From Cenococcum geophilum (lineage: Eukaryota), in the NCBI GenBank assembly GCA_050273025.1, contig CP158635.1, forward strand, positions 21,142,001-21,206,000: 64,000 bases of DNA, read 5' to 3'. Both the position numbers and the translations under genes were made by a program. How positions within the stretch are numbered: position 1 is the stretch's first letter; every line of letters starts with the position of its first letter. The notes under the pieces were generated by a model. It saw only the letters and a program-made list of their open reading frames with translations. It was not told the DNA's origin and made no database searches. This document shows positions 24,541 to 37,974 of the stretch, in pieces.

Positions 24541-27500
24541 ATGGCCAATAGCTCTTCGTTTAATATTAATTCGACTCTTCCTGACCTTAATAAGCTCCTG
24601 CAGCGTCGCCCTGCTGCCCATACTGCCTCTGCTGCCCATACTGCCTCTGCTGCTCTAGTACGAAAACCTGGTGATCGCCAGAGCAACCCCATTAAAGTCC
24701 TTAATACTCCACCCCCTCTTCGCCAGGTTGCTCTAGCCGCTTAGCATAAGGTTCCTCAGGCTCCTTAGGCTCCGTCAACTCCATCTTGGCTTCACTAGCC
24801 ATAGTATATAGATGTAGAGAGCTCGGCACAGGCCTCTGCGCAGGAGTCGTTCTCTCCTCTACCCCCTCCTAGAACTCTAAACCCCAGCAGTCATAAATAT
24901 CGTGCTACTTCTACTTCTTTGGTACATAATACAAATAATCCTCTTTCATAATAGCTTTAATCGCTGTCGCCAGAAGTCAAGATCTAACGTCCAGAGTGGT
25001 AGCTAAACCACCGTTTACATCCGGACCTAGCTCTAGTAGTAAAAAAGGTAGTTAACTCTATACCCGCCCACCACCTTCTAAAGCCATACGATGGTGAGAC
25101 CTTTAAGGATCCTAATGCCGCGTTTAATTAATACTAGGACTACGCCTTCAGTAAAGGCTTCTTTATTATTACACTATCCTCAGGCAATAAAACCGCTCTA
25201 CGGCCGCACCGTATCTTTAGCTGTAAACACCATAGTAAGCACACCCGGAATTACCGTAGGTTAAACAACTTCTGCGGTAAGGATAGCAACCGGTAGCAAG
25301 AGGGCACTAAGGTACACTAAAAGAACTGCGGCTGGTGTATTCAGGTGGCCTAAAAGAAGCTTCCTGGCTATATAGGTAATATTAAGGGATAGGTGGCGAC
25401 TATTACGTATGCCAAGCACTCTAATCTAGAGGCTCTAGAGGCTTTAGAATATAACTTTATTACAAATCCCCTTACTTATATTGGCCACTAGGATCAACTA
25501 CCGGAGGCTAAAGAGGCAGCCGCAAAAGCCTACGCTCTTAGGGCAATATAAGAGACCTATCTTACTGCATAGCATTAACTTTCTACCCAGGAGTTATATA
25601 TAAGCAAGAAGAAATACTATAGCTTAACACAATTATTAAGCGGCCTTCCTAGAGGAGCTGAGGGCCAGCTACAAGCGCTCGGCGCCCTTAAGCTGCTTCT
25701 CCACTAGTATAGATTTAAGTACCGGTCTTAATATACCTATACAATTAATCCAGAATTAGGTCGTTTAATTACCTGGAGTCTCTAGCAGCTAGTATTCTAG
25801 CTTCCTATCCAGGTAGATTTAGCGCAAAGGTTTATTACCGACTTTAGCTGCCAGATAGACGCTATATTTAATACCAATTAATCTAAGCTCTTATTGGCTA
25901 CTATAACCGGCGTCACTAATATGGGGTCCTCTTTTCTAGCAATATAGTCGTTTATTAAGAGTGAGTTTTAGCTAAATTAGACCTTTTTACTAGAGTCTAC
26001 TTAGCAGAAGCTTTAGAAACGGCTACCTAAAGTTATTGTCGCCGACTTTGGTAAGGGCCTTGCGGCCGCCTTATTAGTAGGGCAGTTAATTACAGTTGTT
26101 CTCTAGTACTGCTAGTGGCACGCCGCAAAGGCAATAAAGAAGCGGATTAATAAGGGGATCCAGACAAAGGCTAAAAGGCCGCATAGCTACTTAGCGGAGG
26201 AGAGGAAGGCAGTAAAGGAACTATTTTAGCCCTACCTAAAATCTAAAACGGTAGCAGAGCTTAAAGCCAATTAAAAGGCAGTCCTAGATAAGCTACACCC
26301 GTGCGATAAGGTGTAGTTTTAGACTATATACGTTAAAAAGGAGAGCCAGATAATTACCTGTTATATTAGGTAAGTTTTAGTAAGCTGGGGAATAGAATGT
26401 CGCTATAAGGCATTTGGATGAGCTTTACTATAGGCCGGCCTATAGTAAAGCTCATCCAAATATCTCGTGGTGACATTCTGTTCCCCGGCTTAAAAACCTT
26501 ATTTTAACGTTAACCGCTTACTCCCTCACTAGATACCTTCCAGATTTAGGTGCAGCGGCAAGCTAACGAGGCAAGGGTATTAATAGAGGATTAAAATGCT
26601 TTACCAATTATTAATTAAGCCTTAAGGATACTATAATTAAGCTAAAGAGGTGGATTTCGATACTATGCCAGGAGTTAATCAAATCCGAATATATGTCTAA
26701 AATGTCCCTCCCCCGAACTATTACCCTAGATCTCTTTTAGCACCACTTTACACAGATTAACGGTGTAGTAACACACTACGCGCTTAAGCGAATCTTTAAC
26801 TCTATGTGTGGCGCAAGAGCTTTAATAAATAAGGAAAAGCAGGAGTAGACCAATCGGGAGTAGAAGCAGGACGACTGCAACTACGAAGACCCCTACCAAT
26901 ACGGCCTCCCCTGTCATCACATGCTTATTCGGTACTTAATGCAGAGGCTTCCTATATTGCTAGCTTTAATCCACCCTCGCTAGTATATCGTAATAAAGCT
27001 AATTGCTGCTCCGGATTGGCAGCCGCGATATATTAAGGATATGGCGTTTTAGGGCGACTGTCTGCTAGGGCACCCAGAAGCTCTCACTAGGATCCGGCTA
27101 TTAGTTCTCCGCCTTCTTAATATTATTAAGGACCTTCCTACTAAAGAAATGGGCGAGCTTGCTAATAAATTTAAAGACTTTAAGGTGGCTTAAATAACTA
27201 TTTTAACTAGATAGGCAGAGCTTTAATTACTACCTAAGGGCGCTCCATTTAAGGTTCCTCTAAAGGCTCGCTGGCAGCCACCACCTAAAAAGAAGCACAG
27301 TAAGGCCAACCAGCGAGGTAAAATAAGTGCTGAGATTGCTAAATATGCTGCCGACGTCGCTATACAAAAGCTCCAAAAGGAAACGTAGGAGGAGGCCCAG
27401 AAGCAGAAGGAGCAGGTACTAAGCAGCGGCGTAGATCTTAGCTAATTTCTAATCCAAAACAAAGAGCCAGCCGATGAAGTAGATATGGATATTAAGGAGG

Positions 27501-28028
27501 ATAAGTAGCAACCGTTTAACGAACCGTTGGTGCTATATAACGAAGTTTTAGGGGGGTTAGAGGATAAGGTGGTCATTTTAGAAGCGGAGGAGGACGACGA
27601 CGACTCGTGGCTTAATAACGCGGAAGTACTCCACGGTACTATATTGGACGACCCTCACCAAAATATTGGTAAGAAGGAGCCTATCGCGACCCATTCGGTA
27701 CCTAACAATTATTAAGAGCCGCCTCTCCTACTCTATTAATCCGGCAGAGCGGCGCGCACTAGAGCTTAAAGAACCTATACTTAATTAGCTCGTGGTAATT
27801 TTATATTAATCTTAAGTAATACTAACGAGGATCCTAGTGATCCTAAGCCAAAAGAGGTTGTCGATCCTGAGCGAAAAGAGGTTGGCATTCCATCGAAATT
27901 AAAGTAATAGCGACAGGGAGCTTCTATAGACGCGCATAAGGCTTATAAAGCTAGCGCACTTGCTATTAGGTCCCCCAAGGCTAAGCGCACGCGTAGTAAT
28001 AAAAAGGGAAAGGACCCTGTTGAAATAG
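24541..28028 (+). pseudogene. MULE (Mutator-like) DDE transposase relic with FAR1-like N-terminal and SWIM-like domains
   Basis: ATG 24541; DYAFSKGF, IDA-FNTN-SKLLL--ITGVTNMGSSF (~25855), VIVADFGKGL, YC-WH (~26107), QYGLPCHHM (~26897); probable intron 26370-26532. Confidence 0.9.
26381..26492. repeat. 112-bp loopless palindrome in the transposase intron
   Basis: Two 56-nt arms centred on GGCC|GGCC (26436/26437); mismatches are transitions; TA at both ends. Confidence 0.9.
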
Positions 28029-28217
28029 ACGGCCGAATATTGGAGTATTACACGTGTAAATAGTGCTTTGTTATTCAAATCGGAGTTCAAGTTGGCGATA
28101 GTGGCCTGTGCGGGCTTACTAATTGCTGAGTAATCACGGTTGTGTGGGATGATAGTGCCCGGGGACTCTCCGCCGATTTTCACTTGCAACAACGTGCCTA
28201 AAAAAAAATTCCTGATG

Positions 28218-29001
28218 TAGAGGTTCTGCACGAGGCTCTACACAAAGCTCTGCACGAAGCTCTGCACGAAGCTCTACACGAAGCTCTGCACGAAGCTCTA
28301 CACGAAGCTCTATACAAAGCTCTGCGCGAAGCTCTACACGAAGCTCTACACGAAGCTTTGCACGAGGCTCCACACGAGGCTCTACACGAAGCTCTGCGTA
28401 CAGAGGCTCTGCACGAGGCTCTGCACGAGGCTCTACACGAAGCTCTACACGAAGCTCTACACGAAGCTCTACACGAAGCTCTACACGAAGCTCTGCACGA
28501 AGCTCTGCACGAAGCTCTACACGAAGCTCTACACGAAGCTTTGCACGAAGCTCTACACGATGCTCTACACGAAGCTTTGCACGAGGCTCTACACGAAGCT
28601 CTGTACGAAGCTCTGCACGAAGCTCTACATAAAGCTCTGCACGAAGCTCTGCACGAAGCTCTACACGAAGCTCTACACGAAGCTTTGCACGAGGCTCTAC
28701 ACGAGGCTCTACACAAAGCTCTGCATATAGAGGCTCTGCACGAGGCTCTGCACGAAGCTCTACACGAAGCTCTACACAAGGCTCTGCACGAAGCTCTACA
28801 CGAAGCTCTGCACAAAGCTCTATATAAAGCTCTACACGAAGCTCTGCACAAAGCTCTACGAAGCTCTACACGAAGCTCTACATATGGAGGCTCTGCACGA
28901 GGCTCTGCGCGAAGCTCTACACGAAGCTCTGCGCGAAGCTCTACACGAGGCTCTGCGCGAAGCTCTGCGTACGGAGGCTCTACACGAAGCTCTACATAAA
29001 G
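28218..29001 (+). repeat. 12-mer tandem array (ACGAAGCTCTRC)n, cassette copy A
   Basis: Direct reading; occasional 15-nt variant GTACGGAGGCTCTGC. Confidence 0.97.
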
Positions 29002-29169
29002 CCTTTGTGTGTGTGCGCGCGACACATTACTATTGGGTCCCCGCTATATTCCCGATAGCCTCTACACGTGCCTCTGCTAAGTATACCCCCTATATACACC
29101 TAGGTAGCCACCTCATTTTTTACCCTTCCTTACATCCTATCTAGGAAGACACCAGAACGACAGCCAGCA

Positions 29170-29600
29170 GACGACCGTCGCCGGAGCCAGACGACCATCG
29201 CCGGAGCCAGATGACCGTCGCTAGAGCTAGACGACCGTCAGAGCCAGACGACCGTCGTCAGAGCTGGACGACCGTCGCCGGAGCCAGATGACCGTCGCCA
29301 GAGCTAGACGACCGTCAGAGCCAGACGACCGTTGTTAGAGCTGGACGACCGTCGCCGGAGCCAGATGACCGTCGCCAGAGCTAGACGACCGTCAGAGCCA
29401 GACGACCGTCGTCAGAGCTAGACGACCGTCGCCGGAGCCAGATGACCGTCGCCAGAGCTAGACGACCGTTAGAGCCAGACGACCGTCGTCAGAGCTGGAC
29501 GACCGTCGCCGGAGCCAGATGACCGTCGCCAGAGCTAGACGACCGTTAGAGCCAGACGACCGTCGTCATCGCCACACGACCGTCGCCAGAGCCACACGAC
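29170..29600 (+). repeat. 20-mer tandem array (GACGACCGTCGCCAGAGCCA)n with 77-bp higher-order repeat
   Basis: CCGGAGCCAGATG recurs at 29201, 29278, 29355, 29432, 29509. Confidence 0.95.
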
Positions 29601-29664
29601 AACCGTTTAAACGACCAGCCAGCGAACACGATAAACGATTTGATCGATCGATCGAATTAAGGTG

Positions 29665-30065
29665 ACATAGACAGGTAGGCATAGATAGGTAGGCACAGAC
29701 AGGTAGGCATAGACGGGTAGGCATAGATAGATAGATAGACAGATAGATAGATAGGTAGGTAGGTAGGCAGGCAGGTAGGTAGGTAGGTAGGCAGGCAGGC
29801 AGGTAGGTAGGCAGGTAGGCAGGTAGGCAGGTAGGCAGTTAGATAGCTTTATATTTTATATAGTTATAATATAAATATATTTAAAAGTATATTATAGCAA
29901 TCTATGGAAATATGTGATAATTTAGTTATTATATAATATAATAAAATTTTATATAGTTATAATTTGTACAGTTTATACAGTTTGTATAGTTCGTATAGTT
30001 CGTATAGTTCGTACAGTTCGTATAGTTCGTATAGTTCGTATAGTTTGTACAGCTTGTACAGTTTG
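29665..30065 (+). repeat. 14-mer/AGAT/AGGT/AGGC microsatellite, AT-rich spacer and 9-mer (AGTTCGTAT) array
   Basis: Direct reading. Confidence 0.9.
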
Positions 30066-30406
30066 CGCGCTATTTATTTATAGGGTAGCAAAAAGCTAGC
30101 ATTAGTTTAGTGGTTGAGCGTTTTACTGTAATTTACTAGCAGAAGCTGCAAATTTGTTACGAAACGCGCTGTTTACGCGAATCGCTAACGACCATATACG
30201 ACCACGCAAATCGCATAGTTTGCAGCAAATTGCCGCAATCTGCAACAACGCGCCTAAAAAAAAATTTCCTGATGCCTATAAGAAATAAGAAGTCCTAACG
30301 CCTATCCCTATCCTTTTATAATTTATTTCTATCCTTTTACTTTCTAATATCTCTTTACTAAGAGCCTAGTAGGAGTTACCTCCTTCTATAGATCCTGTTA
30401 TTATTA

Positions 30407-32833
30407 CATTGGGAAAATATTCGCAGGATAAGATTCAAGTAGACTTTATATAGCGCGTTTCGCGTAATTGACATGTAATTTGACCAACTTGACACGCAAT
30501 TGACCAACTTGACACGCAATTAACCAACTTAACATGCAATTTAACTAACTTAATACGCAATTAACCAACTTGATATGCAATTTAACTAACTTAATACGCA
30601 ATTAACTAACTTGATAACTTTAAAAGCTAACTGCATATTCCTTGACACGCAGTTAACCTATTTAACAACTTTAAAAGCTAACTGTATATTCCTTGACATG
30701 CAATTAAGGTAAAGCTATATGCCAATTACGCAATCTTATATAATCTTACATAGTCTTATTACTTAGAGGCTCTGCACAAGGCTCTGCACAAGGCTCTACA
30801 CGAAGCTCTACACGAAGCTCTACACGAAGCTCTACACGAAGCTCTACACGAGGCTCTGCACAAGGCTCTACACGAAGCTCTACACGAAGCTCTACACGAG
30901 GCTCTGCACAAGGCTCTACACGAAGCTCTACACGAAGCTCTACACGAAGCTCTACACGAAGCTCTACACGAAGCTCTACACGAAGCTCTACACGAAGCTC
31001 TACGTACAGAGGCTCTGCACGAGGCTCTGCGCGAAGCTCTGCGTACGGAGGCTCTGCACGAAGCTCTACGTAGAGGCTCTGCACGAGGCTCTGCGCGAGG
31101 CTCTGCGTACGGAGGCTCTGCACGAAGCTCTGCACGAAGCTCTGCACGAAGCTCTGCACGAAGCTCTGCACGAAGCTCTACGTACAGAGGCTCTGCATGA
31201 GGCTCTGCGCGAAGCTCTGCGTACGGAGGCTCTGCACGAAGCTCTACGTAGAGGCTCTGCACGAGGCTCTACGCGAGGCTCTGCGTACGGAGGCTCTGCA
31301 CGAAGCTCTGCACGAGGCTCTGCACGAGGCTCTGCGCGAAGCTCTGCGTACGGAGGCTCTACACGAAGCTCTGCACGAGGCTCTGCGCGAAGCTCTGCAT
31401 ACGGAGGCTCTACACGAAGCTCTACACGAAGCTCTATACGAAGCTCTACGTACAGAGGCTCTGCACAAGGCTCTGCGCGAAGCTCTGCGTACGGAGGCTC
31501 TACACGAAGCTCTGCATCGGGTCCCCGCTATATTCCCGATAGCGTCTACACGTGTCTCTGCCTATGTAGCCGCCTTATTTTTTACCCTTCCTTCCCTCCT
31601 TACATCCTCCCTACCTAGGGAGGCACTAGAACGGCAGCCAGCAGAGGACCGTTGCTAGAACTAGATGACTATCGCTAGAACCAGACAACCGTCGCCAGAA
31701 CCAGACGACCGTTACCAGAACCAGACGACCGTCGCTGTCGCTAAACAACCGTCGCCAGAACCAGACAATCGTCGTTAGAGCCAGACGACTATCGCTAGAG
31801 CCAGACAACTGTTGCTAGAACCAGACGACCGTCGCCAGAACTAGACAACCGTTACCAGAACTAGACGACCGTCGCCAGAGCCAGACGACCGTCTCCAGAG
31901 TTAGACGACTGTCGCCAAAACCAGACGACCGTCGCCAGAGCTAGACGACCGTCGCCAGAACCAGACGACTGTCGCCAGAACTAGACGACCGTCGCTAGAA
32001 CTAGATGACCGTCGCTAGAACCAGATAACCGTTACTAGAGCCAGACGACCGTTACTAGAGCCAGACGACCGTTACCAGAACTAGACGACCGTCGCTAGAA
32101 CCAGACGACCGTTGCCAGAACTAGACGACAACGACTAGCCAGCAAACACTATAAACAATTCGATTAATTAATCGAATCAAGGTAGTATAAACAGGGAGAT
32201 GCTGACGGGTAGGCAGATGCAGACAGGTAGGTAGATACAGACAGGTAAGCAGATACAGATAGGCAAGCAGATGCAGACAGGTAGGCAGATGCTGACGGGT
32301 AGGCAGATATAGACAGGTAGGCAGATGTAAATAGGTAGGCGATGCAGATAGGTAGGCGATGCAGATAGGTAGGCAATGCAGACAGGTAGGCAATGCAGGC
32401 AGGTAGGCAATGCAGACAGGTAGGTAATGTAGATAGGTAGGCAATGCAGACAGGTAGGCGATGCAGGCAGGTAGGTAGATAGGCAGGTAGGTAAGTTAAT
32501 AGGTAGATAGGTAGAAGAGAACCATCGCTATATTATATTAAATTATCTAAAATAATATTATTTATTTTGCTAGCCTTATAAATAGCTTTAAAATAGCTTT
32601 TATTTATTTAAAATATGCTATTAGTATAAAAGAGGTAAATATAATTATGGTTGCTAAATGCGCAGATTGCTGGCAGGTTGCGCGCAGGTTGCGCGCAGGC
32701 TGCGCGCAGGCTGCGTGTTAAAAAAACACGACATAGGCTAGTCGGTCGAGTTGCCAAATGACCTCAACTGCGCGCCAATTGCGTCAACCACCAACCATTG
32801 AGGCCATTGAAAGGGTACTATATTTTGCCGATG
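30407..32833 (+). mobile_element. Non-autonomous TIR element carrying satellite cassette copy B
   Basis: Termini CATTGGGAAAATA / TATTTTGCCGATG, TA on both sides, inserted at the end of LINE ORF2; 20/21-mer array (30480-30615), 12-mer array (30765-31516), spacer, 20-mer array (31645-32128), 17/18-mer AGGT-derived array (32200-32510). Confidence 0.85.
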
Positions 32834-34674
32834 TAGCTACTTTCTAGTGGCTATCCCTATTCTACTTAGGAATAGAAAAAGTGCCTTTCTTCCCTTTTAT
32901 ATACAAAATAACTTTTCTAAAAAGAGAGAAGAGCCTAGTTTCTTTTATATTTCTCTTCTTTCTTCTCTATATAGGTTATAGTCTAGTAGTAGATGTCTAG
33001 GGGTTTATAGTGCTCTATATTCCCTAAAGCATCTACCATCTTCATTCTCCCCCCTATTACTTTAGAGAAGGATTTAAAATAGCCTTTTCCTAGCTTTAGC
33101 TGGAAGAAAGCTAATTGTAGCCTTTTAGGATATTTATCCTTAGGGGCTTTAAGAGAAAAGGAATGACTTCCTTTACAGATCCTAGTATAGTGTTTTCCTT
33201 TATTCTTATTCTGTTGCTAGTTATTTTCCCACTATTCTAGTATCTTTTCTCTTGCTGCTCTCCCTATATAGGCTAGGGAGGTATAAGAAGATTATAGTTT
33301 TCTTCTAGAAAGGCCCTTTTTAGCTAGCTTATCTGCTATTTCGTTCCTATAGATTCCTAAATGGCTAGGAACCCAGTAGAAGTTAATAGAGATCCCTTTA
33401 CCAGCTAGATAGAAACAGCTTTATATAATTTTAAAGACTAGTTCTTGCCCCCCTATAAGAGAATTAAGCTATAATCTTTTAATAGCCGCTTGGCTATCTA
33501 TAAAGATATAGACTTATTTCTCTTCTAATCTTTATTATTTTAGGTGTTTTACGGCCCTATAGACTGTATAGATCTCTATGTCTATAATTTCCATATAGGG
33601 TCCTAGATTCCAGTTTATTGCATATTTAATCCTATTTCTCTCCCCTATTTTATATATGGCAGCTACGTTTAATTTATTGTCTTTAGAGCTATCTGTATAG
33701 TATATATCTACTAGGTCCCACTCTAGGGATTTTTATAAATTTTCTACTAGTCTTAGATGTTCTTATGCAGCTTCTTCCTTACTACCTTTTAAGATAGAAA
33801 AGGATGCATAAATAGGAGGAGACTACGGTTTTTGCTATTCTAAAGAGATTCTCTCTATTTTCCAATTTTAAATTAGCTGCTAAACTCTAGAGGCTAGAGA
33901 TAGTAGCTGTGTCTTTGGCTGTAAGAGGTACTTTATAGTAGAGTTTTTAGGGCTAGAACTAGAGCTAGAACTAGCTGCTAACTTATCCCTATCTTTATTG
34001 ATCTCTTCTATATTAACCTTCTTAATTACGTAGTTTTCCTTAAATTTTAGGATTCTTAATGCGTAGTTATTGTAAAGCTTTTTAAATCTAATTCTAGGAG
34101 GAGGAATAGAGGCTTTAATCTCTATAGCTTAGCTAGGAGATCCTCTAAAAGCTCCTAAAACTAGTCTTAGGGCCTTATTTTATAGAGATTGGTACCTATT
34201 TAGTAGGTGGTCTCTAGATTTGCTTTTCCACCAGCATTATACTTTGTAGTCTGCTATAGTAGTAACGCAAGCTATATAGAGCTGTCGTAGGGCTTATAGA
34301 GATAGACCTCTTTGTATATTACCTAGCCTTCTAATTAAATAGAAAGCTGCCTTTACTTTAGGGATTTGTATTTCTATATGTTGTTTAAAAGTAAGCTTAG
34401 AGTCTAGGAATACCCCTAACTACCTAACTAGGGGTTTAGGGGATATTTCTACGTCTCCTAGCTTTAACCCTTCTTCCATAGTGGTACGTTTACTATAGAA
34501 GTATATAAGCTCTATTTTGCTAACGTTAAAACTAATAGCAGCTTCTTTAGCTTTAGATATTAGCTCTAGCGCTATTCTCTCTAGCTTTTTGCAATTAGAT
34601 TTAGCAGAATTTAAAGTAACCATAATTGCAAAATCGTCTATGTAGCTAAGAGAATAGGCTGCAACATACTCTTA

Positions 34675-37600
34675 CAATAGCGTTATAAATACTCTTACCT
34701 ACTATAATCTAGACCCTAAATTATTAGGCCACTGCGTAGTTTTTCTATCTTGTTTCCTTAGCGGAGATCGCTTTATTAGGCAGTGCTATTAGGATTTAAT
34801 AGCTATTATCTATAAATACGGCCGTCTAAGTATATTTCTTACGTTTACTGCTAACCCTAAATAGGACGAGATTACCTATAAGCTACTGCCTGGCTAGACC
34901 GCTATAGATAGGCCCAATCTAGTTATGCGCGTCTTCTATATAAAACTTATCCACCTCTTTTACAACCTAAAACGGAAGTAGATCTTTAGCTAGTACTACG
35001 GCTCTATTTAAACTATTAAGTACTAAAAACGGGGCCTGTCCTATCTATACCTACTACTCTTTCTATATTTATATAACCGCAATAGGCTACTAAACCTAGC
35101 CGTTATTGACTATTTTATATCCGCTAAGCTTCTATAATTAGAGGACAATCCTACTAGCTGTCTTACTAAGATTATAAAGTTAATAATAGTTTATAGCCCT
35201 TACGGCTCCTAGAATCCGTAGGCTCCCTATATAGTTACGCTAGGGCTAGGCCTTCTACTAACCTACTTAAAGCGGTACCCTAAGCCTTTTAACCCTACTA
35301 CTGTTATATATAAGGACGGCTATCCAGAATACCGCCATTGTAATAATTTGCGGTTATAGTCTATCCGCTTACTAGGGGGGGCTATATTTAAAATAAACAA
35401 CCACTAGATTATTCCGTACTGCCTATATTTAACTATAAAGCATTATACGTATATAAGTGTTAAGGTCTGCGCCTCCGTAAAGTCCGTTAAGTATATCTAT
35501 AAGTATATATATAAGGGGAGCGATCGCACTACTTTACGGCTTATAGATGGTAATAAGGTAAGCTAGTATTTATAGGGCTATTATATCGGCCCCTCCGAGG
35601 CTATCTAGCAGCTATTTAAGTTTCCCGTTTATAAGGAGTTCCCCCCTATAATTTAGCTTACGGTACACCTTTTAGGCAAGTAGCCCGTATACTTTTAGCT
35701 AGATTAGTCCGTAGAGGAGATCTAGTAGCGCTTTTAGCTCTCCTACTCTACCTTAACGGCCTTCTTTAGGTATAATATAGAGTATAAGAATAACCGTAAC
35801 TAGCTATATTAAGACTTTCCTAAACGGCACGTCTTTTATATAAAGCGCTGGGAGTAGCGTCCTTACTAGTAAAGTACCGTAATAGGCTATATATATTACT
35901 ACAGCCCTATTATAAGTAAGAGGTTCTACTTACGGCTACTATTAATATCCATTTTTAGCCCTACCTCCTTTAAAGACCTCTATACTATTGCTAGTATAGC
36001 CTATCTAACCTTCTAGGCCGCCTACGTTACCCTAGGGCTACTAGAGGATAATTATAAGTGGATTAATTACTTAACAAAGGCCGCCGTTTTTGCTATTAGC
36101 GCCTAGCTATACTCCTTATTCGTAACCGCTTTAATTTACGGCCCTATTATAGAGCTAGTTGCTTTATAGGACCGCTTTAAATAGTCTATTTATAATAATC
36201 TACCTTACTTTCTAGCCCGCTAACCTAATGCTCCTCCTATAGTTACTAAGGATAATAACACCTATTTTAATTACGGCCTATACCTTATTTATTAGATACT
36301 TACAAATTACTAAAAGATGCTTATAGACTATAGCCTGCCCTAGTTCTAGCACTAGTAGGGTATTATTGCTAAGGGAAGTAACCCGCTTCTTATAGCGGAG
36401 CTACTATAATATAACCCTATAGAGGAAGAATGCTAATATATTAAGCTACGCTAGCAGCTAAATGTAAATTAGGCAGCGTGCTTTAATACTATTATTACCG
36501 CTATAGATGCGGATCTATAAACCGCTCGCTTCTTTCTCTAGGGCCCTATAAGCACTAGTAAAACGTTTCTCTATTATTACCTCTACCACTACTACTGCTT
36601 ACGCGGTAAGATTGTTCTTTATATAGCTTCTTCTAGTATTATAGCCCTTTTACTACCTGGTAGCCGTACCGCCCACTCCTATTTTTAGATACCTATTAAT
36701 CTATATAAAGAGTTTACTTATAATATCTCTAAAAGCTTAAATCTAGCCAAGCTTCTACGCTGTACCTCTCTACTTATTTAGGATAAGGTGCTAATATAGC
36801 ACCGCTACTACTTTAAAGCTGTACACTATATACTTATAAACGTCCGTTTTAATAACTCTACCTTTAGCGGACTCCCTACTATCTTAGGCGGCAACTTTGC
36901 TTAAATACTACCTATCGTCCTATAGGGGAACTGCGCAGCCATTATAGGTGCCTACCTATAGCGGTTATTCCTCTGGCCTACCTTCTATATACTATCCCTA
37001 TGGTTAAATATACATATCCGCTAGGGCGAGATAAATTAGTAGTTTGTAGCTTAGGTATAAGGCTTATCTTATAATATAGCCCTGGCTAGTAGTATTAGTA
37101 TCCTACCTAGTATAGCCCTATTCTAGTCCTAGGAACCCTTTTACAGCTATATATATTCTCCGTAACTACTTACTTAGGCATATACTACTCTTAATATCTT
37201 CCGCGATCGCGCTATCCTAACTATTTATAATAATACTATGGCTAAGATTAATAAGGCTATCCTTACGCGGCTCTGCGGCTCCCTAAGCACCTTTTATTCT
37301 ATAGACTCTATAGAGTAAAATAGAGAAGAAAATTATATAGAACTGCCGCTAGTAGAGCTCTTACAAATATTTAACCCTAGTAGCCTACCTCCGTTAAAGC
37401 TTTCCCTAAAGGTAGGCGCGCCCGTAATCCTTTTACGGAACCTTTACCCTAAGGAAGGGCTCTATAATGGCACCCGTATAGTTATTACGCGTCTAGGCCG
37501 CCGCTGTATTAAAGCTTAGATACTTAGCGGCAACTTTTACGGCTAGCTACGGCTAATCCTTTATATTAAGCTTACCTCTACAGAGGGAGAACTGCTGTTT

Positions 37601-37833
37601 ATTATTAGTAGAAGGCAGTTTCTAATCTGGCTATGCTTTATTATAACCATAAATAAGTTATAGGGGTAGTCTTTTAACTTTGTTGGCGTTAACTTACGTA
37701 TACTAGTTTTTACCTATAGGCAGCTCTATATTACCCTATCTCGGGTTACTACCGTAAATAGTATTTTAGTACTGCTTTCCCTAAATTAAATAAAGATAGA
37801 TAATATTATCTATTTAGAAGTCTTACTTTTGTA
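34675..37833 (+). pseudogene. Helitron Rep (HUH) and PIF1 helicase, remainder of copy 2
   Basis: FLTFTANP-W-EI (~34836), (E)Y(Q)KRGL-(H)L(H) (~35018), KY--KYIYKGSD (~35490), Walker A GP--T(G)KTFL (~36542), helicase motifs through NIIY-EVL. Confidence 0.93.
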
Positions 37834-37974
37834 ATAAGGTATATTATTTTATTATATAACTACTTTTATAACTGCCCTATAGGGCTAGCAAAACTTTTAT
37901 AAATGCCCTATAGGGCCCAGTAAACCCCCCCTCTACCCCCCCTCTACCCCCACTCCCCTACTCCTTATCCTTAT

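Larger units (their letters stand above)
23946..30274 (+). mobile_element. Composite MULE/Foldback-like element: TIR - transposase - inner TIR (ends 28217) - satellite cassette - outer TIR
   Basis: Left end TATTAGGAATTTTTTTTTTGGGCGCGTTGTTGCA; right-type ends TGCAACAACG(T/C)GCCTAAAAAAAAA(T)TTCCTGATG at 28185-28217 and 30241-30274; LINE sequence on both flanks. Confidence 0.8.
23705..34661 (-). mobile_element. Tad1-like LINE, 5'-truncated, in three pieces (23705-23945, 30275-30406, 32834-34661)
   Basis: RT SYIDDFAI (~34650-34625), RNase H YYTD-SK and WVPSH--I-(G)NEIAD, C-terminal C..TPRHLLL and GIATRKWL; A-rich tail seen as T tract at 23705-23730; 12-bp TSD CAACATACTCTT (23693-23704 / 34662-34673). 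Confidence 0.9.

Noticed and set aside
28134..29144. Long HEAL/RASC/VELR ORFs in the ORF track (also 30746-31658 and 41259-42067)
   Set aside because: Open in several frames on both strands only because the 12-mer unit lacks stops; no evidence of a real gene
29665..29840. Telomeric repeats (also 40450-40640)
   Set aside because: AGGT/AGGC/AGAT microsatellites, not TTAGGG arrays
29170..32130. CRISPR-like arrays
   Set aside because: Repeats are contiguous with no unique spacers, and the context is eukaryotic
7209..34672. A 27.5-kb giant composite transposon using a cryptic right end at 34662-34672
   Set aside because: The second TIR tip is explained more simply as the LINE target-site duplication, with the LINE tail starting right after the first copy
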